64,000 bases of DNA, taken from Nostoc sp. DedSLP01. Lineage in GTDB: Bacteria; Cyanobacteriota; Cyanobacteriia; Cyanobacteriales; Nostocaceae. Each line of letters starts with the position of its first letter. The stretch's first letter is position 1. Of the stretch, positions 40,057 through 48,587 are shown one piece after another. The notes under the pieces are model-generated. The model made no database searches. It saw nothing but the letters and a program-made list of their open reading frames with translations, and had not been told where the DNA came from. The stretch lies in assembly GCA_034530875.2 (NCBI GenBank), contig JAVRCJ020000021.1, positions 84,499 to 148,498 on the forward strand, in the 5' to 3' direction. Made by a program: the position numbers and the translations under genes.

Positions 40057-40350
40057 TCGCGGACACGGCGAATCGCTGCTCTATCCTGCCTCCTGCCTCA
40101 AAACCATTAACTCTCTACCTCATGCAAATCAAAACTGCTGTAATACGTCACCTTAGCGTTACGCCAAGGGAACTTGAGGGGGTAAAGGTAAAAGGGAAAA
40201 GGTTTTATCCCTTCCCCTCTAACATCAACCCTATTTCCCAGACCCAATTGAGCAATATTAGCTTGGCAGGTTGCTACTAGAGGGAAGAATAAATCTTCCC
40301 TCAAACTAGCTATATAGACTACCTCGTTAAAATCGGACATTTTCGGTTGG

Positions 40351-40890
40351 CTACACACCTATAGGAGTTTTAGTTTCTGTTGCTGGCTGTGTACCGTTTG
40401 CCTCTATTGCTTGTCCTTCAATAAACGAACGCAGCATCCAAGCCATCTCTTCATGTTCTTCCATTAATCCAGTCAAAAAGTCTGCTGTTCCTTGATCGTG
40501 GAAACTTTCACCAGAGCGATCTACATGATCTCTGAGGTTGCGAATAATCTGCTCGTGATCTTCAACCAAATTAGCTACCATTCCCGTTGCCGTGGGAACA
40601 TCACCAGCATGTTCCTTGAGAGTGGCAATCTTGAGAAATCCTTCCATTGAGCCAACTGGGTAACCACCCAAAGCACGAACTCGCTCTGCCAAAGCATCAA
40701 TATTTACTGTTAGTTTTTCGTAGTGTTCTTCCCAAAGCTGGTGCAAAGAACGAAACTGAGGGCCGACGACATCCCAATGATACTTTTTGGTTTTTACTAA
40801 CAGTAGATAGGCATCTGCCAAATCTTGATTCAATAGATCGACTACACCTTGACGCTGTTCATCTGTTAGACCAATATTTATTCGACGCAT
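40351..40890 (-). CDS. dps: Dps / DNA starvation-stationary phase protection ferritin
   Basis: KKYHWDVVGPQFRSLHQLWEEHY...DALAERVRALG and HEEMAWMLRS. Confidence 0.95.
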   Translation of the reverse strand: MRRINIGLTDEQRQGVVDLLNQDLADAYLLLVKTKKYHWDVVGPQFRSLHQLWEEHYEKLTVNIDALAERVRALGGYPVGSMEGFLKIATLKEHAGDVPTATGMVANLVEDHEQIIRNLRDHVDRSGESFHDQGTADFLTGLMEEHEEMAWMLRSFIEGQAIEANGTQPATETKTPIGV

Positions 40891-41351
40891 TGTTCTCCAT
40901 CCTAAACAAACTTATTAATTATTAACATCACAAAATTACAACATAATCCACATCAACCAAAAGAAACATTGTGAGTTGAAATTAATTTCTACATTTTTCA
41001 TTCTGTCTATGTCTTAATAGGTATTATTCAACCCAAATTACTTATTTGGTCATCAAATATGTAATTTAATATACTGAATTATCCGCTAGATAAAACAATA
41101 AACAATGCGTGTAGTTACAAATAGGGAAATTTCTTTAAAAAAATTCGATGAAATGTATATAAAAATTTGATGATGCGTGCGGGAAAAGACTTACTAACAG
41201 TTTTTGTACGTTGAATGAGTCTGTATTTACCACGAACTAAAATTAAATCTTGAAAACAGTAATATTTACCTGTAAAAAATATTGACTATTGGGCAATATT
41301 AGAACATCAGAGTGTGTCTCCCATGACCTAATTGAGATTCATGGAGGCTAT

Positions 41352-41654
41352 ATGATTTTACTGAAAACTTCAAAATCTGCAACAAATATTCGGTGGAATC
41401 AGCAAAATAAGAAATTACAGACATATACTAATACTTTGTTGTTATCTGCATTGTCAATAACCACTATTTTTTGTACTGGTGCTATTTTGGCAGCCATTTG
41501 GCCATTCCTGATGTCTGTTGTATCTGCTCAGAGTTCGACTTCATTTAATCCTACATCAATTCCCTGGATACATAGTAAATTTGATTGCGAATATAGCGGA
41601 CGCGATTGGTCAAATAATCAATGTTGGGATAAAGAACATAGTCCTATGTTTTGA
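41352..41654 (+). CDS. Hypothetical membrane-anchored protein
   Basis: GGAGG RBS before ATG 41352, a TM segment and C-terminal C..SGR.W....CWD.EHSPMF. Confidence 0.6.
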   Translation: MILLKTSKSATNIRWNQQNKKLQTYTNTLLLSALSITTIFCTGAILAAIWPFLMSVVSAQSSTSFNPTSIPWIHSKFDCEYSGRDWSNNQCWDKEHSPMF

Positions 41655-41840
41655 TTAATCTGATTGTTTTAGGACTGATGTATTTATTAAACAGCATTAC
41701 AAAAATGCTTGAAAATTTGCAATTTGCAAAGATTATCAAATTGAATTTACTGTGTACGATTACCAATTAATAATGGGCGATCGCCTAAAATCAATCGCCC
41801 ATTATTACTAAAAAATTACCAAAGTCAAGTATTAATTACG

Positions 41841-42197
41841 TTACTTACCTGTAACTTTATCCAATACATTCTTGATGCTTTCTTCTACTGAGGTTGCGTT
41901 TTGTGAATTTTCAGGACGCTTTTGTTTGTCGAAGTCAGCAGCTCCTTGAACTTCATTGAGTCCTTCGTTAGACTTTCTTTGAACTTCTTCAAGTCCAGCG
42001 GGTGGTTTTCTAGCGTCTTCATCAGTTTGAGCCTGAATATCCAGCAGTTGTGTTTCGCCTTCGGTAGGCTTACTTTGGTAGCTGTCGATCGCAAAAGCAG
42101 GAAAAGCGTTAGATAATAATACTAAGGCACAAGTAAAAGCGACAACTAGAAAGCGTACTGGACGTAAGTTAGATAAAACAGAAGAAATAAGTTTCAT
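41841..42197 (-). CDS. Exported low-temperature/desiccation-induced-like protein
   Basis: Signal peptide ending PAFA; GLNEVQGAADFDKQKRPENSQ motif. Confidence 0.7.
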   Translation of the reverse strand: MKLISSVLSNLRPVRFLVVAFTCALVLLSNAFPAFAIDSYQSKPTEGETQLLDIQAQTDEDARKPPAGLEEVQRKSNEGLNEVQGAADFDKQKRPENSQNATSVEESIKNVLDKVTGK

Positions 42198-42683
42198 TTG
42201 AAATCCTCGATAACAGCGTTAACTACGCAACAAATTTACTCAACGGGCAAAGCTTATGCTCTTATTCGGTAAACTTTACCAATAAAACTAGTGAGCGATG
42301 TTCCAATATTGATGTTACTGAAAAATAAACTTGAAGGAATTACCTTTGTATTTGTACATCGACCCATAAATGGTTAACGAGCAAGTACTCTTGGTAAGTT
42401 CTTCATTCAATTTGGAACTGATTTATTTTTACTTTGCAAACTATAAGGCATACATCAATCTGTAGAATGAAGTTATTCCTATCTACAGTTAGAAAAAAAA
42501 TCACTCTCTAGGTATATCGACTTAATATACTATTGGTAGGTCAATAGTTTTGAGCTACTTGCTGTTGCAGCAACTCTATTTGATTTGTGAAATTTATACT
42601 GTCCGAATACCCTACTTATTAAATAAGTCGGGTATCTAACTTTGCATGGATAATTTAGTATGACTCTATGATGAAAATTACTC

Positions 42684-44015
42684 TCAAGACCTAGAGGTGT
42701 TAAAAATTTGATTGAAGATAATTTCACCTATAGTATTTTGGTAGATCCAAACACCATTAATTTGACCTTTGAAAGTTTTCTCTCCACTTAATTTTTCTGA
42801 ATATTTAAACCCAGCACCTAAACCAGTTACTAAAACATTGGGTAAAGAACTTCCATCTTTGAGAAGTACCCTACCATTATCATCTATTCTCGCCCCTCGA
42901 GAATCACAAAGCAATTCCATCTCATTACCTTCAGAGTCATAAATTGGAATTATATTTGCATCGTATCCGCAAGCATAAATAATCAGTGAGGTTTCATCTA
43001 AGTAAGTTTCTAAATTTTTCCATTTTTCGCTACTTAAAGGTATTTCTACTAAATTAATTCGTTTTTCTTGTTTTTCTTGACTCCATCCCATCACTTGTAT
43101 AAATAGTTCCCTGGAATCAGTACGCAGTCCTCCCAAACGATAGACTTTGTGAGTTGTTGGACAAATATCTTCTTCAGTAAAATCTGTATATCCATCTTCA
43201 AAGGCTTCTTGCCGAGAGTTATAGCATAACTTAATCCTACTCCGATGCAGAATTATAATATCACCATCACAAAAACTTACTTCTGTAACTTTATTTAAAA
43301 GACACCATGCAGCAGCAAATGCACTATGAGATCCCCCAATAATAACCACTTTTTTTGAACTACTATTACGTAGCCTTTTTTGCATTTCATCTACACCAGG
43401 TTGCGTCAAGACAAAATCGCTCAAAAGTACCTTTTCAAGAAAGTAGTTAGAATAATTTAAATTTGCAAAAATTGTGTCACTAGTTAAATTTTGCTGGTGT
43501 TGTTTAGCTCCTAAAGCAAGTACAAGATTCTGTGAATTAAATTTTTGCTGAATAATCAAATTGTCAGTTAGATATGTAATTGCATCAGTATTAATAGTTC
43601 CATCGGCTAACACTTGTAAAGAACGCGCTTCTGTTTGCGGAAAAAATTTACTAATGGGGTGACTATCAATAACAGTTTGCAAAGCATTGCCTACTTCATT
43701 TAAGAATTTTCCAACAAGTATTAACGGTGCATTTGTATGACGGTATTTCTCTAGAGCTTGTGTAATTTCTGAAGAAACTACCTTCTCTAAAATTCCACCT
43801 TTTTCTTGACCTTGTAAACACTCTAAAAAAACATTAGTATAGGTATCACTATTAACAATATAGTTGCCAATACAACCAGATCCCATTTGAGTGCCTTTGT
43901 CCAGAATTGCAACTCCCAAATCCAAAAATTCTTGTAACTTATTTTTTCGTGCTGCAAAGATAAGAGGCCCCGTACCTGCCGAGCCAGCACCTACAATTAG
44001 CGTGTTATAAATCAT
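42684..44015 (-). CDS. FAD/NAD(P)-dependent oxidoreductase of unknown function
   Basis: Rossmann motifs IVGAGSAG and IIGGSHSA, plus LVLALGA and IIYACGY. ATG 44015 lies 2 nt after the mutL stop. Confidence 0.75.
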   Translation of the reverse strand: MIYNTLIVGAGSAGTGPLIFAARKNKLQEFLDLGVAILDKGTQMGSGCIGNYIVNSDTYTNVFLECLQGQEKGGILEKVVSSEITQALEKYRHTNAPLILVGKFLNEVGNALQTVIDSHPISKFFPQTEARSLQVLADGTINTDAITYLTDNLIIQQKFNSQNLVLALGAKQHQQNLTSDTIFANLNYSNYFLEKVLLSDFVLTQPGVDEMQKRLRNSSSKKVVIIGGSHSAFAAAWCLLNKVTEVSFCDGDIIILHRSRIKLCYNSRQEAFEDGYTDFTEEDICPTTHKVYRLGGLRTDSRELFIQVMGWSQEKQEKRINLVEIPLSSEKWKNLETYLDETSLIIYACGYDANIIPIYDSEGNEMELLCDSRGARIDDNGRVLLKDGSSLPNVLVTGLGAGFKYSEKLSGEKTFKGQINGVWIYQNTIGEIIFNQIFNTSRS

Positions 44016-44017
44016 TT

Positions 44018-45739
44018 TCAAATTCCATGACTTTTGCCAATGACCCAATTACGTCGGAAAAATCTGGCTAAAGCTGACTCTTCTAGCGATAAATAAATTG
44101 GGCGTCCGTGGGGGCAGGTGCGGGGGTTACGAGTGCGTTGCCAATTATCTAAAAGTGTCTGCATTTCTTGTAGATTCATTGGCGTACCATTACGAATCGC
44201 ACTGCGACAAGCAACAGCTACTTGCGCTGTTTGTAAGTCACCACCCAAACTCAATTCTAAAATTGCTTGGGCACAATCTTCGCGCTGCTGCAACATTGCG
44301 GGTAGGTTCCGAACTGCCCAAAGTTGTTCGCCAAAGGGTTCTATATCTAAACCGATGCGTTGCAATTGCGATACTTGCGCTGGCGACAATTGATAAAGAA
44401 TAATTGGCGGTTCGACACAAATGAGTTGCCAATTATCGCATAATTGCTCGTACAAAACTCGCTCGTGGGCAATGTGCTGTTCCACTAACCACATTCCACC
44501 AGAATGTTCGGCAACAATATAAGTATTACTCACTTGTGCCACAGCTTTTAGAGAGTTAGGAGTAGAGACGCGATAACCCTTGTCTGTACAAGAGTCAGGA
44601 GTTTTGTCATCTCCATTGGAGTTTTGAGGATTGAAGTTGTAGCTGCCTTTTGCTTCTCCGGCTTTGAGTAATTTACTAACTCGTGTTGTGTGGACAGTTT
44701 CTTTTAAATTAGCAGCAGAAATTCGCAGTGCTTGGTTAATTCCTTGAAGAATTTGCTCTTGCCAATAAGTGATTTCATTAAGGTAAATTTCTGTTTTTGC
44801 TGGATTGCGATTCCAGTTAATTTGATCTGGTGAAATGACAAGATGAAGAAAACAAATTGGATAGCGATCGCGCGGTAATGTTTTGTGAAATGCTGATAAT
44901 ATTGTTTGCTCTAATTCCGCTGATTTAATCATCCGTCCGTTAATCGCCACACGCACCCAATCTGGACGATGACGATGACAGCGATCGGGTAATCCTACCA
45001 CTAAGTTGACTGCTGAATTCTGAATTCTGTCTTCTGCTTTTACCGGGTTGGGTACTTCGAGTTTGACTTCTTGCAAATCCCCCTGTCGGACTTGGGGTAA
45101 AATCTGCGGGAGTAGTTGTCCTGTTGTAGCTGCGGGGGAAATGGTGAACCATTGACGGTCATTTTGCCAAATCTGCCAGGTGACGCGGGGATGACATAAG
45201 GCAATTTGGTGAATTGTTGCTTGCACTGCTTTCATTTGCTGTGCTAGTGTCGGCAAGCCTTGACGACGAGACGAACAGTTACCGAAAAGATTAGAAACTG
45301 TGACTACTGTACCAGGTGCGATCGCAGTTGCTTGAACTTGTGCAACTTTCCCGCCATAGCCATAGACAACTTGCCATCCTAATTTTCCATCCACAGGACG
45401 ACTCAAAATTTCCAAATCTGCCAGAGTTGTTAAGCTATGTAACGCCTCACCACGAAAACCTAAGCTGTTAATTTTCCACAAATCGCTACTAGAGCGAATT
45501 TTACTGGTACTGTGTGCGGTGGCTGCTTGTTGCAAATCATCTAGGTTCATTCCACAACCATTGTCAGCCACACGAATTCGCCATTGCTGCGGCCATAGAG
45601 AAACTATAATTCGCGTTGCACCTGCGTCTAGGGAATTTTCTACCAATTCCCGCACTACAGAGGCTAAAGAGTCGATGACCTCTCCAGCTGTAATCAGATA
45701 TACAACTTCTGTTGGTAGAGCTTGAATAGTAGATGCCAT
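44018..45739 (-). CDS. mutL: DNA mismatch repair endonuclease MutL
   Basis: AGEVID, RELVENSLDAGA, GFRGEAL, EQHIAHERVLYE, ACRSAI and CPHGRP. Confidence 0.97.
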   Translation of the reverse strand: MASTIQALPTEVVYLITAGEVIDSLASVVRELVENSLDAGATRIIVSLWPQQWRIRVADNGCGMNLDDLQQAATAHSTSKIRSSSDLWKINSLGFRGEALHSLTTLADLEILSRPVDGKLGWQVVYGYGGKVAQVQATAIAPGTVVTVSNLFGNCSSRRQGLPTLAQQMKAVQATIHQIALCHPRVTWQIWQNDRQWFTISPAATTGQLLPQILPQVRQGDLQEVKLEVPNPVKAEDRIQNSAVNLVVGLPDRCHRHRPDWVRVAINGRMIKSAELEQTILSAFHKTLPRDRYPICFLHLVISPDQINWNRNPAKTEIYLNEITYWQEQILQGINQALRISAANLKETVHTTRVSKLLKAGEAKGSYNFNPQNSNGDDKTPDSCTDKGYRVSTPNSLKAVAQVSNTYIVAEHSGGMWLVEQHIAHERVLYEQLCDNWQLICVEPPIILYQLSPAQVSQLQRIGLDIEPFGEQLWAVRNLPAMLQQREDCAQAILELSLGGDLQTAQVAVACRSAIRNGTPMNLQEMQTLLDNWQRTRNPRTCPHGRPIYLSLEESALARFFRRNWVIGKSHGI

Positions 45740-45876
45740 AACTTATAGTTTATAGCTTCTGGCGACAGGAAGATAAAGGAGCGAACTCAGCAGAAATTTT
45801 TATTAATTGTAAAGAAATCTCAATTAAAAAGCTATTTTTGATAGATTGCTTTTTAGGTTCTAAGCGAAAAAAGTCT

Positions 45877-46212
45877 ATGACTACTAAATTAGCGGCTAAT
45901 GCTCACGATTTGAAGTCTCTTTTAGATTGGGGTCAACCAAATTTAACAATTATTGATGTGCGCGATCGCCAAACTTACAATCAAGGTCGCATCACCGGCG
46001 CAATATCGATTCCATTAGCAGATTTGGCATCTAGAGCCAAATCTGCTTTACATACAGAACGCCATATCTATGTTTATGGCGACAGTGACGAAAATACAGC
46101 TTCAGCTGTACAACTTCTCAAAGGTCAAGGGTTTGCTCACGTAGCAGAAATTCCAGGCGGTCTTGCAGCTTGGGTTTCAAACGGTGGTGCTACAGAAGGT
46201 GCGGTCGCGTAA
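45877..46212 (+). CDS. Rhodanese-like domain protein
   Basis: IIDVR, GRITGAISIP and GGLAAW; the active-site position reads YVYG (no Cys). Confidence 0.85.
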   Translation: MTTKLAANAHDLKSLLDWGQPNLTIIDVRDRQTYNQGRITGAISIPLADLASRAKSALHTERHIYVYGDSDENTASAVQLLKGQGFAHVAEIPGGLAAWVSNGGATEGAVA

Positions 46213-46446
46213 ACTTCACCCAGATACCACAGAATTCAGGAGGAGGCAGTGCGGTCTTGGGGGTTTCCCCCACGAGCAACTGCCGTTCATAATTCAGGAG
46301 TCAAAACTGGTGAAATTCTGTTAACGGCTGGTGGCTCTAGCCTGCTTATTGATTCGAGCATAAACAGGTTTAACTCCTGGACTAAATTAATTCTGTTAGC
46401 GTAGCGGGGCGTAGCCCATTCTGAATTCCGAATTCTGAGTTCTTCT

Positions 46447-47496
46447 TCAATTAGTTTCGCTCATTGCCAAAACTTTAGGCGATTCAAGTTTGAGCAACCC
46501 ATTCAACAGCGATGCGGGACGTTGGTTGTAAGGCCAAGCAAAAGCATGACGAAAAGCTGCATCCTGACAAGCTTGGAGTTGTTGAAAACTAATAATGTCG
46601 TAAGTCAAGAGATTTTCATATTCCCAAGGCAAACGCACATTGTGTAAACCAGCATTATCAGTACAAATAGCGATATCGACCCCAGCATCAAAACAACGGT
46701 CAAAAACTAATTTGAGTTGGCGTATATCCTGTAAAGTACCAGTTTTCAAGTAAGTTGTCGGGCAAACCTCCAAACACTGCCCGCGTCTAGCTACATCGTT
46801 AAGTAATTCTGGATACAGTAAAGGAATTTGGATGCCGTGACCAATTCGCATCAGGTAGGGTAACAGTTCTGGGTAACAGCCAGCAGTAGTTTCAAATAAG
46901 TGTCCTGTGGTGTTGACATCGAGCGATCGCGCATGATCGTATAGACTAATCCATTCATCAAGGCGATCGGCATAATAGCGATCGCCCCCGGCTACATCTA
47001 CTCCACAGACATACTGCTTATTTTGTGCCGCCAAATCGATAATTGCTTTGTTCACCTCGTAAGGCAAACGCGTATGCATACAAAGAATTTGGCTCGTCAC
47101 AATCGGATATTCTGGCAAATGACTAGCTTTTCCTACTACTTGCACAATTTCTGCCATCTTATCAATTCTGTCTGATTGACTCAGATGCTCCGGCGTCCGT
47201 AAGTAAGGAGTGTAGCGCAGTTCCAGATAAGCTAAATTTTCAAAAATATAAGCACCGCGCAGCAAGCGATATATAAAGTAAGGCAAAGTCTCGGCAGTTT
47301 GTACGCTTTCTACCAAGGTGTGCAATTCTAGATACTCGTCTAGGGTATTGCGCGGACGAGTGTAAAAATCTTCAAATTCTGAATAGTCAGCAAAGCGGGA
47401 AATCAACTCCGAAGAATGTCGCTCGAAATATCGCCACAATACTCGGGGTACGACCGAACCGCCTAGATGTCTATGTAATTCAGCATATAAAGCCAT
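46447..47496 (-). CDS. Adenosine deaminase family protein
   Basis: ELHRHLGG, YLELR, GVDVAG, RIGHG, LEVCPT and CTDN. Confidence 0.9.
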   Translation of the reverse strand: MALYAELHRHLGGSVVPRVLWRYFERHSSELISRFADYSEFEDFYTRPRNTLDEYLELHTLVESVQTAETLPYFIYRLLRGAYIFENLAYLELRYTPYLRTPEHLSQSDRIDKMAEIVQVVGKASHLPEYPIVTSQILCMHTRLPYEVNKAIIDLAAQNKQYVCGVDVAGGDRYYADRLDEWISLYDHARSLDVNTTGHLFETTAGCYPELLPYLMRIGHGIQIPLLYPELLNDVARRGQCLEVCPTTYLKTGTLQDIRQLKLVFDRCFDAGVDIAICTDNAGLHNVRLPWEYENLLTYDIISFQQLQACQDAAFRHAFAWPYNQRPASLLNGLLKLESPKVLAMSETN

Positions 47497-47649
47497 AGCG
47501 GTATTTTTAGGGAAAAAATTTCACTAATTGTAACAAAAACATCGAGAAAAAAATCTCTACTTTCAGCAAAATTCTGTAAATCTACGTTAATTCATGCTAA
47601 ATTTTGCACCACTTTTTGTAAAAAATCCTTTTTAGTCAGGGTTTTAAGC

Positions 47650-47834
47650 AAAATACCTAATACCAATGTCAGCAAATGCCGCAATATTTTGCTCTGACAA
47701 CAGGAAACTACTGACGTTAATTTTTACAAGTTTTTTTAAACACTTCTTCAAAATCAGATCTTTCTCATTCCTGCACTCCCCAATTAACCCTCTCCAGCTG
47801 CTGTTAAAATTCGTCGCTGCATTACAACAGAAAA
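47650..47834 (+). promoter_or_regulatory. Putative CRISPR leader
   Basis: AT-rich non-coding region abutting repeat 1, with imperfect inverted repeat AATGTCAGCA (47665-47674) / TACTGACGTT (47709-47718). Confidence 0.45.
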
Positions 47835-47982
47835 GTTGCAAAAGACTTTCTTCCTCACAAGGGATTAAAACCTATTTCTGGTATACGCTTAGTAGAATTA
47901 AAATAAGGAGTTGCAAAACACTTTCTTCCTCACAAGGGATTGAAACGCTTGATATTTACTAGATCCCTTTAGGGATTCAAAT
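47835..47982 (+). CRISPR. Orphan CRISPR mini-array: two 37-nt repeats, one 38-nt spacer and a degenerate third repeat
   Basis: GTTGCAAAASACTTTCTTCCTCACAAGGGATTRAAAC at 47835-47871 and 47910-47946 (35/37 identical), with a TTCCT-CACA-AGGGA hairpin and an ATTGAAAC 3' handle. A degenerate repeat ending ATCCCTTTAGGGATTCAAAT follows at 47947-47982. No cas genes in the window. Confidence 0.8.
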
Positions 47983-47989
47983 TAAGGCT

Positions 47990-48310
47990 ATGTTGGAAAC
48001 CACAAACCTGAAAAATATCTCCAAAAAATTCGCTATAGCCAGAAATTCTGCTTCTTCTCAAGAAAATGAGGCAATGAGAGCTATCGCATATAGTATGGAT
48101 TTACTAATACCTGGTTTGTATATATGGGTACTTGGTTTTAGTTTTCGCATTGGTGGAAGCATACCAGATGATATGCCCTATAAATATCCTGGTAAAATTC
48201 ATAGCTTAACTGGAATTACTTTAGTATTACCAGGATATAGAATTTTTACGACTTATCGGGGTAGCTATGACCCTAAACAAACATCAGATACAGGGGTTAA
48301 CAACTTTTAA
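47990..48310 (+). CDS. Hypothetical protein (106 aa)
   Basis: ATG 7 nt after the degenerate repeat, preceded by TAAGG; no recognised family. Confidence 0.6.
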   Translation: MLETTNLKNISKKFAIARNSASSQENEAMRAIAYSMDLLIPGLYIWVLGFSFRIGGSIPDDMPYKYPGKIHSLTGITLVLPGYRIFTTYRGSYDPKQTSDTGVNNF

Positions 48311-48497
48311 TTGTACGGTTATCGACTCAAATACTTTTGAAACCTTGATGACTCAGGCGGGGTATTCAATCTCAGGTAGCGCACCTGCACAGTCTAATAG
48401 AATAAAAGTATGGTGGACTCATAACGCATACCCAAGAGTCGAGTCTGTATATAGTCCAGACAAAAGAATAGTGATAACCGCATATCATGTTAACTAA
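48267..48497 (+). CDS. Hypothetical small protein (76 aa)
   Basis: Overlaps the upstream ORF by 44 bp; helix + beta pattern ending RVESVYSPDKRIVITAYH. Confidence 0.6.
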   Translation: MTLNKHQIQGLTTFNCTVIDSNTFETLMTQAGYSISGSAPAQSNRIKVWWTHNAYPRVESVYSPDKRIVITAYHVN

Positions 48498-48587
48498 ATA
48501 TTTTCTATTAACCAATTTACAACGTTAGCAGAAAGTTTTGGTTAATAAGATTTTTCTAGTTTGTAATACTTTCACTACCCAAATCAA

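Noticed and set aside
47644..47962. ORFs overlapping the CRISPR leader and repeats
   Set aside because: They translate repeat and leader DNA (SSSQGI occurs twice); likely spurious.
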